Numbered from the stretch's first letter, positions 32,401 to 41,504 are shown. The stretch: 64,000 bases of DNA from an uncultured Desulfatitalea sp. (GCA_963668675.2 CAXXMB010000002.1:320001-384000); one strand, 5' to 3'. The notes: generated from the sequence alone by a model not told the origin. Numbers and translations: made by a program.

Positions 32401-32672
32401 CCCAGATTGGGCAAAAGGGCGTCGGGTCGCTCACAGGCGATGATTTTTTCCAGAGTGTTCACATTGAGTGGTTCGATATAGGTCACGTCAGCCATGCCGG
32501 GATCGGTCATGATCGTGGCCGGGTTGGAATTGACCAGGACGATCTCATACCCCAAAGAGCGCAAGGCTTTGCAGGCCTGGGTCCCCGAATAGTCAAATTC
32601 ACAAGCCTGACCGATCACGATGGGACCGGAACCGATAATCAAAATCTTATGGATCTCTTCTCGTTTGGGCAT
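29469..32672 (-). CDS. carB: Carbamoyl-phosphate synthase large subunit
   Basis: MPKR..IHKILIIGSGPIVIGQACEFDYSG, duplicated ATP-grasp halves, GGGPNRIGQGIEFDYCC, MGS-like tail. Confidence 0.97.
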   Translation of the reverse strand: MPKREEIHKILIIGSGPIVIGQACEFDYSGTQACKALRSLGYEIVLVNSNPATIMTDPGMADVTYIEPLNVNTLEKIIACERPDALLPNLGGQSGLNLSSELHRMGILEKYGVHMIGVNIDAIERGEDRTAFKQTMERLGIDMPRSRAVDTLQEAEQVAEELGYPVVIRPAYTMGGTGGGLVYNLEELQTIVNRGLAASLIHQVLVEESVLGWEELELEVVRDAKNQMITVCFIENVDAMGVHTGDSYCTAPMLTIQPALQKKLQEYSYAIVEAIEVIGGTNIQFAHDPDTGRVVVIEINPRTSRSSALASKATGFPIARVSSLLAGGLTMDEIPYWRDGTLEKYTPSGDYVVVKFARWAFEKFAGIQDQLGTQMRAVGEVMSIGKTYKEAFQKAIRSLEINRYGLGFAKDFNDLPIDKLMARLKTATSERQFLMYEALRKGADIDELYALTHIKPWFIRQMKALVDLEEEILACKGRELPGDLLARAKRDGFADRYLAGLLGVSEQEIRDQRRSMGLSQAWEPVPVSGVESAAYYFSTYNAADQVTVSDRKKIMVLGGGPNRIGQGIEFDYCCVHAATAIREAGFESIMVNCNPETVSTDYDTSDKLYFEPLTVEDVLSIYEKERPEGVIVQFGGQTPLNIARELAEAGAAILGTSPETIDLAEDRARFGRIMHRLGIPMPDSGMAVSYDEALEIAARIGYPLMVRPSYVLGGRGMEIVHDDQMLKRYLSVAVEEVTPEQPVLIDKFLDNAIEAEADAIADGTDAFVPAVMEHIELAGIHSGDSACVIPPISLAPKHLDTIREHTRRIAIELKVVGLMNIQYAIHEDTVYVLEANPRASRTVPIVSKVCGLSMARLATQVVLGKRVADLDLSERRIPYFGLKEAVFPFNMFPEVDPILGPEMRSTGEVLGMANTFGGAFFKAQEATQSVLPLEGTVLFTIADRDKSAAIEPVRRFRELGFTIMATEGTHRFLAEKGIETQPISKLDLGRPNLVDAIKSGHIQLLVNTPSGKKGSADSSNIRKAAIKYKIPYISTTAAAIAAARGIAARREGSPEVRSLQSYHAQIG

Positions 32673-33128
32673 GGACGCTCCTTCGGGGCTGTTGATTTTA
32701 AAAAAGCGATGGGTTGGCAATTCGATTGAGCCAAACTAATTGTGGTTTGGTAAATTAAGCGGTACTAAAAATCAACTCAATTCGTTTCCCCGGGTTGCGT
32801 GGCAAGACCACTTCAGGCACCCTAACTCAAATATCCTTGTTGACGGCCTTCAAAGCGGCCTCAATAAATGAACCAGAGGCGCGAGCGGTGGTTACGCCCT
32901 TTGCGCTATGCGGTGCAAATTCTTCCCATTCGAAAAAGCCCGTCACTGTGCGGCTAAAACCCCATGGCATGAGATACGAGGGAACAAATTGCCGACGGGC
33001 CGTCACCACGACGACGCCTCCTTCACCCTGGATCACTGGTGCCGCTAACGATATAACTCTTTTTTTTTGGATTAATATCAAAACCTAAGTGACCGGTTGG
33101 CGAGTAGGACGCAACACCAAAAGAAATG

Positions 33129-33144
33129 TGGCAAGCATCTTGCT
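33129..33144 (+). promoter_or_regulatory. sigma54 promoter for the surface-protein gene
   Basis: TGGCAA-GCATC-TTGCT, near-consensus -24/-12. Confidence 0.7.
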
Positions 33145-33389
33145 TGGAAGAGTGGCGGATGTTGGATCTGCCGTGAGCCTCTGTTAACCACTTCTACAAT
33201 CTGAACGACTCCATATCCAAAAAAGAATCCCCGGATTATGCGGCCACATAACCCGGGGGTCTAAAACTACCATCCAGGGGAGCATGCCGGACATTCGCGA
33301 CGCGGGTATGCCATCTGGAATGGACCTGATTAGCATAGGACCATTCTAGAAACGTGTCAACAATCTCTCCTGGATCCAAGGAGAGATGT

Positions 33390-35597
33390 ATGCTTAATCT
33401 GCGACAGTTTATTCGCACAACGCTTGTCAAAAATACCATTACCATAGTTTCCCGCTTGAGATGTTCAGATGCCGATATGTGCCAGAGGGCACCGCACCTC
33501 TCGCCTTTTGCACTCTTTCTGTTGATATCCTTTACGATCCTGCTCACTCCTGCCCTACTTCTGGCGGCGCAAGTCACACTGGCCTGGGATGCCAACGATC
33601 CGACACCCGAAGGTTACTGTCTCTATCAGCGCACCGACAATTCTACATACGACTACTCTCAACCCACATGGACAGGAAGCGGCACCACCTGCACTGTCGC
33701 TGATCTCGTCGAAGACACCCAGTACTACTTTGTCGTGCACGCTTACGACAGCGGGTCCGAAAGCGGCGACTCAAATGAGGTGGCTTACTATGCAGCTTCG
33801 GCCAACCCCGTACCGGTCAACAACTCTCCCCAGGCCAATGCCGGCACCGACCAGACCGTTGAAGCATGGACCATGGTCACACTCGACGGCACCGGTTCAT
33901 CCGATCCGGACGAAGATCAGTTGAATTACGCATGGGTTCAGACCGGTGGACCGACCGTGGAGATATTTAGCCCCTCCACCGCGCAGCCCACGTTCACGGC
34001 CCCCGGGAGCGCCTCATCGGACACAGCCCTGACCTTCCGGTTGACCGTAACCGATCCGGACGGCCTGAGCGCAAGCGACACATGCCGGGTAACAGTTCCG
34101 GCTACTACACCAGCAAACGATCCGCCCGTTGCCGATGCCGGCGACAACCAAAGCGTCTATTCAGGCACTCGCGTTACCCTGGACGGCTCCCACTCCTCGG
34201 ATCCCGAAGGGCAGACGCTGACCTGCCAGTGGGTACAGACAGGCGGACCGATGGTCCAGATATCTTCGTCGACCGCTACCAGCGCCTACTTCACGGCACC
34301 CGAGGTCGAGATCGGACAACAGGCAACCCTGATTTTCGAACTAACAGTGTTCGACAGCAGCATGCTTTCGTGTACCGACACCTGCATTGTGCAGGTCCAA
34401 CCGACACCTCCCACCGACAGCGACGGGGACGGCACGCCGGATGAACAGGACGCCTTTCCCAATGACGCATCCGAGTGGATCGATACAGACCTTGACGGCA
34501 CCGGCAACAATGCAGATGCAGATGACGACAACGACAATATGCCAGACGCCTGGGAGACTGCAAACGGCTTCGATCCGCTTGTCGACGACGCTGACCTGGA
34601 CAGCGACGGCGACGGTCTCTCCAATCTTGAAGAGTACCAAAACGGCAGTGATCCGATGGATGGTGAAGAGAACCTTGCGCCTCGCCAGCCGAGCATCCTA
34701 TCCCCGGTCGATGCAGCGGATGAAGTCAGTCTCAGAACCAAAATCATCGCCACTGCCTTTTCCGATCCCAATGGCGAAGACACGCATGAGAAATCCGAGT
34801 GGCGCATTGCAAAAGCGTCGGATCAACGCAGCGTAATGCAGGTCACCCGATACCGGTCGCTCACCACTCTCCGCGTGCCCTACTTCGTTCTCAACCCAGG
34901 CACGAGCTATACTTGCCAAGTGAGGTACTACGATCAGCACGGCCTGGCTTCGGAGTGGTCTCCGACCATCACTTTCACCACCACCGCCAGCTCCTACTGG
35001 TGGGGCTGGAGAGGTGTTATAGAGGGACAGGAGGCACCGGAGAGCACCGATCTCAATAGCAATGGCGTAACGGATCTGGCAGAATCCCAAACCATCAGGA
35101 GCGTCAGTGCCGTCGATGACAGCCACACCATGGCCGTCAGTATCGAAACGAGTCCGAATGTTGAACAGATTGACGGCGCAGGCGCTATCGACCCCTATTC
35201 CGAAGAGGAGTTGCCGCCGGTCGAGGACATCAATCCTTACGGAATGATCGGCTACCGCATTCAACTGCTGCAGCCGGGGCAGAGCACCTCTGTATCCCTC
35301 TACTTCAGCGGCGGCGTCGACGATCAGACCGCATGGATGGCCCTCAACAGCGAAGGGGACTACGCCGATTGCGGAGATCAAGTGGCGATTCAGGCAGATG
35401 GAAGCGTCGTCAGGTGGCTGACCGACGGGGGAGAGAACGACCTTGACGGTGTGGCCAACGGCATCGTTGTCGATATGATTGGCCCGCGTGACGCCGCCGC
35501 CCAAGGTGACGGTGATCTGGGCCTGGACAACGGCACCGAGGCCTCGGAGCCATCTTCTGGAGGCGGAGGTTGTTTTATCGGGTCATTGATAAAGTAA
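33390..35597 (+). CDS. Exported multidomain surface protein (FN3, two PKD/REJ-like Ig repeats, TSP3-like Ca-binding repeats, FN3, C-terminal domain, GGGGCFI tail)
   Basis: QVTLAWD..YYFVVHAYD; two P.A.AG.[DN]Q.V...VTLDG..SSDP repeats; DSDGDG/DTDLDG repeats; LTDGGENDLDGVANG; AGGAGAG RBS before ATG 33390. Confidence 0.85.
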   Translation: MLNLRQFIRTTLVKNTITIVSRLRCSDADMCQRAPHLSPFALFLLISFTILLTPALLLAAQVTLAWDANDPTPEGYCLYQRTDNSTYDYSQPTWTGSGTTCTVADLVEDTQYYFVVHAYDSGSESGDSNEVAYYAASANPVPVNNSPQANAGTDQTVEAWTMVTLDGTGSSDPDEDQLNYAWVQTGGPTVEIFSPSTAQPTFTAPGSASSDTALTFRLTVTDPDGLSASDTCRVTVPATTPANDPPVADAGDNQSVYSGTRVTLDGSHSSDPEGQTLTCQWVQTGGPMVQISSSTATSAYFTAPEVEIGQQATLIFELTVFDSSMLSCTDTCIVQVQPTPPTDSDGDGTPDEQDAFPNDASEWIDTDLDGTGNNADADDDNDNMPDAWETANGFDPLVDDADLDSDGDGLSNLEEYQNGSDPMDGEENLAPRQPSILSPVDAADEVSLRTKIIATAFSDPNGEDTHEKSEWRIAKASDQRSVMQVTRYRSLTTLRVPYFVLNPGTSYTCQVRYYDQHGLASEWSPTITFTTTASSYWWGWRGVIEGQEAPESTDLNSNGVTDLAESQTIRSVSAVDDSHTMAVSIETSPNVEQIDGAGAIDPYSEEELPPVEDINPYGMIGYRIQLLQPGQSTSVSLYFSGGVDDQTAWMALNSEGDYADCGDQVAIQADGSVVRWLTDGGENDLDGVANGIVVDMIGPRDAAAQGDGDLGLDNGTEASEPSSGGGGCFIGSLIK

Positions 35598-35674
35598 AGA
35601 TGGCAATTTTGTCAGGTGGATTTCCAAACGTCCCCTGATAAACACATATACCGGATCTTATCAGAACCGGAAGC

Positions 35675-35728
35675 GATGCGGGTCCCGATCATTCACATGG
35701 GGTGGTGGTTTGGGGCCCGCATCTTTTT
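35675..35728 (+). terminator. Rho-independent terminator
   Basis: GATGCGGGTCCC...GGGGCCCGCATC followed by TTTTT. Confidence 0.65.
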
Positions 35729-35781
35729 CCGGAAGGCAACAGCCCCCAGCACATTTTCCTTGACTTGGCATAAAAGAAGAT

Positions 35782-35805
35782 CGATATAGATACAAATCTA
35801 TATCG
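35782..35805. promoter_or_regulatory. 10-4-10 operator palindrome over the -10/+1 region
   Basis: CGATATAGAT-ACAA-ATCTATATCG; TTGACT at 35760-35765; 7 bp before ATG 35813. Confidence 0.6.
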
Positions 35806-35812
35806 GTTTAGT

Positions 35813-36220
35813 ATGAATAGTAAAGTTAAACATTTGATCGTATTGATCCTTGTGGCCATGCTGGCCGGCCATGCAATCGCCCAAGCCGTCCGCCCTTCGG
35901 ATGCTTGTCCGGCGGACCAGTGTTGCTGCGCCCGCCCAACAGCCGGTCATTCGGCGGTAGAATCCTCCGAGCTGCACGATTTGGGTTGTATCCCCGCATC
36001 GCCCTGCTGCCATGTAAAACCATTCAAACGCGATCCGTCTGTAAAATGGATCGCGCCATCTTCTCAAATCAAGAACTGGGTATTATCGTCTGCAACGGAA
36101 CTTCCGATCGCTATTGCTCCCTTGACCGAAAAAGAGCGATGCCGAGGCATCATGAGGGAGCGAAACAGATGGACCGCCCGGCCACCGATCTATATTCAAG
36201 TTCTATCCCTCCTCTGTTGA
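35813..36220 (+). CDS. Secreted Cys-rich small protein with an RPP motif near the C-terminus
   Basis: Signal peptide (..GHAIAQA), CPADQCCC, CIPASPCCH, ends ARPPIYIQVLSLLC. Confidence 0.7.
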   Translation: MNSKVKHLIVLILVAMLAGHAIAQAVRPSDACPADQCCCARPTAGHSAVESSELHDLGCIPASPCCHVKPFKRDPSVKWIAPSSQIKNWVLSSATELPIAIAPLTEKERCRGIMRERNRWTARPPIYIQVLSLLC

Positions 36221-36369
36221 TCCAGCCAGATGTTCTGCAAGTCTTGATGTGCCACATCCGTTGATGGTCATAACCGTCACCCAAACAGCACACTTCTGCG
36301 CCAGATCTTGGGTCTTTCGCATAAGAGATTCATGCATGCGTAAATTTGGACCTATAAAGGAGAACTATT

Positions 36370-36939
36370 ATGGTCAACAAACCGTTATCTAACGAAAATC
36401 GTAAATTGAAAAAAGAGCTGATTACCGGGAAAAATCAAAATCCAAAAAGAATCAATACCCTCCTGGTGGTTGTCACCATAGCCGCATTAGCAGGCGCCAT
36501 TGGGGCGGTGTACTTCATCACCTCCGGTGCCGACAGGGGTGGCCGCACGATCCACACCTCAGCCCGGCAGGCGGTCGAAACCTCCGAAATTCGCCATACC
36601 CTGAGCCTCTTCTCCGACGGCAAAGCCCGCCACTTCCAACACCAGGCCAATGGCATAACCATTCGCTATTTCATTATCAAAAGCTCAGACGGGGTCGTAC
36701 GCGCGGCCTTCGATGCCTGCGACGTCTGCTGGCCATCGGGCAAAGGATACTATCAGGATGGTGATGCGATGGTATGCCGCAACTGTGGGCGCCGGTTCGC
36801 ATCTCTGAAGGTTAACGAAGTGAAAGGCGGCTGTAATCCTGCCCCATTAAACCGGGTGGTCGAGGGAGATCAACTGGTCATACAGATGGATGACCTGCTG
36901 CAGGGTCAACACTACTTCAACTTCAAAGGAAAGGCGTAA
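36370..36939 (+). CDS. DUF2318 membrane-anchored Fe-S/metal-binding protein
   Basis: One TM helix; AAFDACDVC...GYYQDGD.MVCRNCG...GGCNPAPL. Confidence 0.88.
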   Translation: MVNKPLSNENRKLKKELITGKNQNPKRINTLLVVVTIAALAGAIGAVYFITSGADRGGRTIHTSARQAVETSEIRHTLSLFSDGKARHFQHQANGITIRYFIIKSSDGVVRAAFDACDVCWPSGKGYYQDGDAMVCRNCGRRFASLKVNEVKGGCNPAPLNRVVEGDQLVIQMDDLLQGQHYFNFKGKA

Positions 36940-36944
36940 CCGTT

Positions 36945-38099
36945 ATGACGCTTAAACAAATCGCCTTTAAAAACCTACTGCGACGCAAAGCCAAGGCCGC
37001 ATTTATACTTGCCGGGCTGGTTATCGGGGTTGCCACTGTAGTGGCGGTGATCAGTTTCACCGAAACCATGACCCAAGAGATCAACCACAAACTCGAAAAA
37101 TTCGGGGCCAATATTCTCATCGTCCCCCACACAGACAGCTTGGCGCTCTCGTACGGCGGCATAACCTTCGGTGGGGTATCGTTTGACCTGCAGCCGATTC
37201 GACACACCGAGTTGTCAAAAATAGCAACCATCAAAAATGCAGCGAACATTGCAGCCGTGGGGCCCATGGTGCTCGGGACGGTACACATCAAGGGGATAGA
37301 TGTATCCATGGCAGGCATCGATCTTCAAGCAACCTCGATCCTCAGACCATGGTGGAAAATCGACGGGCACAAACCAACGACGGATGGGTTGATGCCGGGT
37401 GCTGAAGCTGCGCGTATCCTTGACCTCTCTATCGGGGATGTGGTCCCGGTAAACGGACGCGATATGAAGGTGACCGGTTTGCTGGCTCCAACCGGCTCAC
37501 AAGACGATCGGCTGCTCTTCACTGCGCTGGAGACCGCCCAATCCCTTCTGGGCAAGGAGGGCGAAATCTCCATCGCGGAGGTCGCTGCAATGTGCCACAA
37601 CTGCCCGGTGGACGAAATGGCCAGACAGATATCCGATATTCTACCCTCAGCCAACGTAATGGCCATTCAGCAGGTGGTGAAGGGGCGCATGGAGACCCTG
37701 GCACAATTCAAGAAGTCCTCTTACGGCATATCAATAGTCGTCCTTCTGATTGGCGGACTGGTAGTTCTCGTTACCCTGATGGGAAGTGTCAGGGAACGCA
37801 CCGGAGAAATCGGCATTCTTCTGGCAGTGGGGTTCCGAAAAAGCCATATCCTGAGGATCATCTTAATGGAAGCCGGTGCCATAAGCGCGTTGGCGGGACT
37901 ATCCGGTTACATCATCGGTATTGGCGGTGTCGGATTGGGGTTACGGTTGGCCGGCAAGGCTGACACCGCCCTTCGTCTCGACCCATTATTGGCTGCCGGG
38001 GCCATTGCGATCGCCTTGGTCCTGGGGTTGGCAGCCAGCGCTTATCCCGCTGCCTTAGCCGCCCGATTGGATCCCAACCAGGCATTGAAGAGACTATAG
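36945..38099 (+). CDS. MacB/FtsX-type ABC transporter permease
   Basis: KNLLRRK, FGANILIVP, SVRERTGEIGIL.AVGF, LDPNQAL; periplasmic CHNC. Confidence 0.9.
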   Translation: MTLKQIAFKNLLRRKAKAAFILAGLVIGVATVVAVISFTETMTQEINHKLEKFGANILIVPHTDSLALSYGGITFGGVSFDLQPIRHTELSKIATIKNAANIAAVGPMVLGTVHIKGIDVSMAGIDLQATSILRPWWKIDGHKPTTDGLMPGAEAARILDLSIGDVVPVNGRDMKVTGLLAPTGSQDDRLLFTALETAQSLLGKEGEISIAEVAAMCHNCPVDEMARQISDILPSANVMAIQQVVKGRMETLAQFKKSSYGISIVVLLIGGLVVLVTLMGSVRERTGEIGILLAVGFRKSHILRIILMEAGAISALAGLSGYIIGIGGVGLGLRLAGKADTALRLDPLLAAGAIAIALVLGLAASAYPAALAARLDPNQALKRL

Positions 38100-38158
38100 A
38101 TCTCAGACAGCTTCAGAAAACAAGATGCCGATTCCACCTAATCTCAAATGAGGATGAC

Positions 38159-38872
38159 ATGAGCTTTATCCAATGTAAGAATATCATCAAAACCTATGGC
38201 CAGGGGACGTCCACGGTCACCGCCCTCAATAAAATCGATCTCTCTATCGAAAGCGGCGACTTTGTATCCGTTATGGGAGAATCGGGGGCCGGCAAGTCCA
38301 CACTGCTATCGGTGATGGGCGCCATGAATACGCCTTCATCAGGTCATTTCCTGGTGGACGACATCGATGTTTACAGCCTGAGCAGTGAACAGCGGGCCGA
38401 TTTCCGCAGGGAGTACCTCGGATTCATTTTCCAGAGCTTCCACCTCGTTCCCTATCTTACGGTCATGGAAAATGTGATGCTCCCGCTGACCACGACGAAG
38501 AGAAGTAAGCGGCAGAAGCAGGCCATGGCAGCAGAGGCCATGGCCTGGGTCGGCATCGAAGCCAAATCCGATCGCTTGCCGCATCAGATTTCCGGGGGCG
38601 AAATGGAGCGTACGGCCATAGCTCGGGCCATCGTCAACAATCCACCGATACTATTGGCCGATGAACCCACCGGTAATTTGGATTCCAAAAATTCAGATGC
38701 CGTCATTTCACTGCTCGAACGGCTCAATCGCAATGGCACTACCATTGTGATGGTGACCCACAGCAGCGCCTGCGCACAACATGCCCGGCACCGCTTGACA
38801 GTCAGAGACGGCTGTTTGGAAACCGATGCAAGAAGACAAGCATCTGCAGCATTTTCGAATCAGGCAGCCTGA
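38159..38872 (+). CDS. ABC transporter ATP-binding protein (LolD/MacB-type)
   Basis: GESGAGKST, ISGGEMER, LADEPTGNLD, MVTH. Confidence 0.93.
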   Translation: MSFIQCKNIIKTYGQGTSTVTALNKIDLSIESGDFVSVMGESGAGKSTLLSVMGAMNTPSSGHFLVDDIDVYSLSSEQRADFRREYLGFIFQSFHLVPYLTVMENVMLPLTTTKRSKRQKQAMAAEAMAWVGIEAKSDRLPHQISGGEMERTAIARAIVNNPPILLADEPTGNLDSKNSDAVISLLERLNRNGTTIVMVTHSSACAQHARHRLTVRDGCLETDARRQASAAFSNQAA

Positions 38873-38934
38873 TGACGGCTGCCTTCGGCAGGCGCTGACA
38901 TGCATGGCACCATTAAAGGGGCACGTTTTAAGAA

Positions 38935-40929
38935 TTACTCCTTTGAGGAGAGGTAGGTCTTCAGGTTGACCCGTTTGTTTTTAAGCCCCAGCTTTCTGCG
39001 GATACTGTTTCGATAGGACTCGACCGTACGGGCGGAGATGTTCAACAACGCGGCCGTCTCCTTGGTGGTTCTGCCTTTACGGATCAAATTGGCAACCTGC
39101 AATTCGCCGGGTGAGAAGATGTAGTATTTGGCCGACAACTCGGGCATGGGAGATCCGATCACCTCGTTGAGGTTGGTGCGGATCACACTGAGCAACTGCT
39201 GCTGAGGGGCCGTCAGCTCGCTTCTGTCCAAGCGGTCCAGATAGGGTTCGATGAGCTGGACCAGGTTCACGCGGATGTTCTCCTCGGACTGCAGGCGGTC
39301 TTCGTTGCGTTTGTCGAGCAACACGCGCATTGCTGTGTTCATCTCTTTCAGACGCTCGGTCTTGGCAAGTAGCTCCTTCTCCGTCTCTTTACGCAACACA
39401 ACCTCTTGGCGCAACTTCTGATTGGCGAGGGAGAGCTCCTCGGTACGCTCTGCAACCAACGACTCCAGTCTGCGGCGGTAGTTGGCAAGCTCCTTTTGAA
39501 CCCTTTTCTGCTCGGTGATCAGATGAGCCGCCACGTTGGCCCCCCAGATCTTCCCGCCTTCGTAGAGGTGACGAATGTGAAAATGGCCCCACTGCAGACT
39601 ACCGTCCTTGGTTTTGATCTCGAACTCCACGTTGTCGGACAACGGCCGTCCAGCCTCAAGATCGATCATGCGCTGCTGCAGCAATTCGTAACTGGCGGGC
39701 GTCAATATCTCATCGGGCCGCATGCGCAGCAATTCCTGTTCCGTATATCCGGTCGCCTTGCATACCTGATCGTTGACCTTCGTGAACCGAAGTTTTCTCA
39801 GATCCATTTGGTAGATGGCCGTCGGAGACAACTGGAACAGCTGATAGATCAACGCCTGGCTCTCGTCCAGTTTATGGGAGATGGCCCGCCCCCCCCGCCA
39901 CTGGGCGAGTATCCCCGAAATCGCCATGAACGTCTCCAGATCCTCTTTATCCCAACTAAGCGCCCCCTTGCGCATGTGCATCGCAAACATGCCGTATACA
40001 TTGTGCTCGTTGCAAATGGGCAACACGAGAAACGAGGCGACCTTGTTGCGCCTGAGAAACTCCCGGGTCGCCTCATCGGAGATGGCGGTGACATTCTCGC
40101 AGAGAAACGGTTTTCTGTTTTCCACCACCTCGCGAATGACGGGGATCGAGGTAAGATTGGTGTACTTTTCCTTGCGGATGGGGATAAGCCCGCCTAATCT
40201 CCATCGCGACGTGTGGGAAAAAAAATCTCTGGTCCGGTCATCGTACCAAAGGATATAGGCATCATCGACTTCAAAAGCGCGGCCTACGGTCTTGAGGCAA
40301 AAATCGAGAAAGGAGTCGTCCTGGGTTGAGATGGCCTCGGCGGAGACAGCCGCAAGCACCTTGTCGTTGGTTCGTTTATGGGCCAGTTTACGTTCATAGT
40401 GCTGCCGCCCACCCATCATAGAGACAATGTGGGCCACCGTGAGCATCATCCGGCGCTCTGTTTCGTCGAATTCACGTGGGCGGTCATCATATACGACCAG
40501 AAACCCTGCAACCTCACCGGCATATCGGATCGGTGCGCCGAGACACGCCTGTATTCGGTAGTGTTTTACTTCCGGGTCCGATGCCACGTATCCCGTTTGG
40601 CTCAAATCGGAATAGACCACCAGCGCTTTGCCGGCGCGGATAAACTCCTCATAACCGATGCGCCCCCTGATGCTGACCCGCGCAGGAAAATCTTCGGGAA
40701 GCGCTTGCCCCTCTATCGTTACAATTTCGCCCGTGTTCATTTCAAAACGGCTGCAGACGGCAAAAGCCCCTTGGACGGTATTGAGCAGGTATGACAGGGC
40801 CCGCGATACACTTTGGCGAAAATCGGAAGCAGTGGCCGTCACAACGTCGTCCACAATATCCGACAGATCATAAAGCAGGCGTTCGGGATCGGGAAAATAA
40901 TCTTTGCTTATTTGGATTCGGGAGGGCAT
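38935..40929 (-). CDS. LuxR-family regulator with GAF-GAF-PAS sensor domains
   Basis: Two GAF-like regions (ACLGAPI, SFLVLPI), PAS (VNDQVCKATGYTEQEL), coiled coil, C-terminal ELQVANLIRKGRTTKETA.LLNISARTVESYR HTH. Confidence 0.9.
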   Translation of the reverse strand: MPSRIQISKDYFPDPERLLYDLSDIVDDVVTATASDFRQSVSRALSYLLNTVQGAFAVCSRFEMNTGEIVTIEGQALPEDFPARVSIRGRIGYEEFIRAGKALVVYSDLSQTGYVASDPEVKHYRIQACLGAPIRYAGEVAGFLVVYDDRPREFDETERRMMLTVAHIVSMMGGRQHYERKLAHKRTNDKVLAAVSAEAISTQDDSFLDFCLKTVGRAFEVDDAYILWYDDRTRDFFSHTSRWRLGGLIPIRKEKYTNLTSIPVIREVVENRKPFLCENVTAISDEATREFLRRNKVASFLVLPICNEHNVYGMFAMHMRKGALSWDKEDLETFMAISGILAQWRGGRAISHKLDESQALIYQLFQLSPTAIYQMDLRKLRFTKVNDQVCKATGYTEQELLRMRPDEILTPASYELLQQRMIDLEAGRPLSDNVEFEIKTKDGSLQWGHFHIRHLYEGGKIWGANVAAHLITEQKRVQKELANYRRRLESLVAERTEELSLANQKLRQEVVLRKETEKELLAKTERLKEMNTAMRVLLDKRNEDRLQSEENIRVNLVQLIEPYLDRLDRSELTAPQQQLLSVIRTNLNEVIGSPMPELSAKYYIFSPGELQVANLIRKGRTTKETAALLNISARTVESYRNSIRRKLGLKNKRVNLKTYLSSKE

Positions 40930-41207
40930 GGGCCTGGATCACTTTCCATCGGTTAACAGCGAGCCGCTGATTAGTGCTTCATCAATCATTTCAAGCATCC
41001 ACAGCTATTTCTATGGGGGGCCCCGTTCAATGCCAACGGGTGCTCCCCTTGATTAGGCCTCTCTTTTATGGGATAGAGGGCGATCGATGCGGTAGTGGGA
41101 GAAGCAGCTTCGTTCATGGCATAAACCTTTAGTATCTGATGGTCAACCGCAAAGGGCAGCGTCCACGACATGGGAACACCCCTGATCGAACACCAAGGTA
41201 TATCGAG

Positions 41208-41504
41208 ATGGACCAGTCAGATCGGTCGAAGGCGACCCTGATTCACCGAGTGAAACATATCGTATTGCTGTTGGCCAGCCTCTTCTTCCTGGCATTTGGC
41301 ATCCAGGTACTCTGTCTGGCCTACCAGCTCAACGATCCTTTTGCTTTTGTGATGACCTTCTTTGCCTCCAATCTCATGATCCTGATCAGTGCCGCGTTGG
41401 CGTTGGGTTTTGCCCTCAAATTGAGGCGATCGCGACAGCCTGGGCCTCAACAGGGGCAATCCCGCCCCGATGACGATGGCGTATCGCCGGATGACACGCC
41501 TTGA
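41208..41504 (+). CDS. Small two-TM membrane protein
   Basis: Two hydrophobic helices, DPFAFVMTFFASNLMILIS. Confidence 0.65.
   Translation: MDQSDRSKATLIHRVKHIVLLLASLFFLAFGIQVLCLAYQLNDPFAFVMTFFASNLMILISAALALGFALKLRRSRQPGPQQGQSRPDDDGVSPDDTP

Noticed and set aside
32827..33081. 84-aa ORF or a riboswitch upstream of carB
   Set aside because: No RBS or protein motif, and no recognisable riboswitch or PyrR consensus
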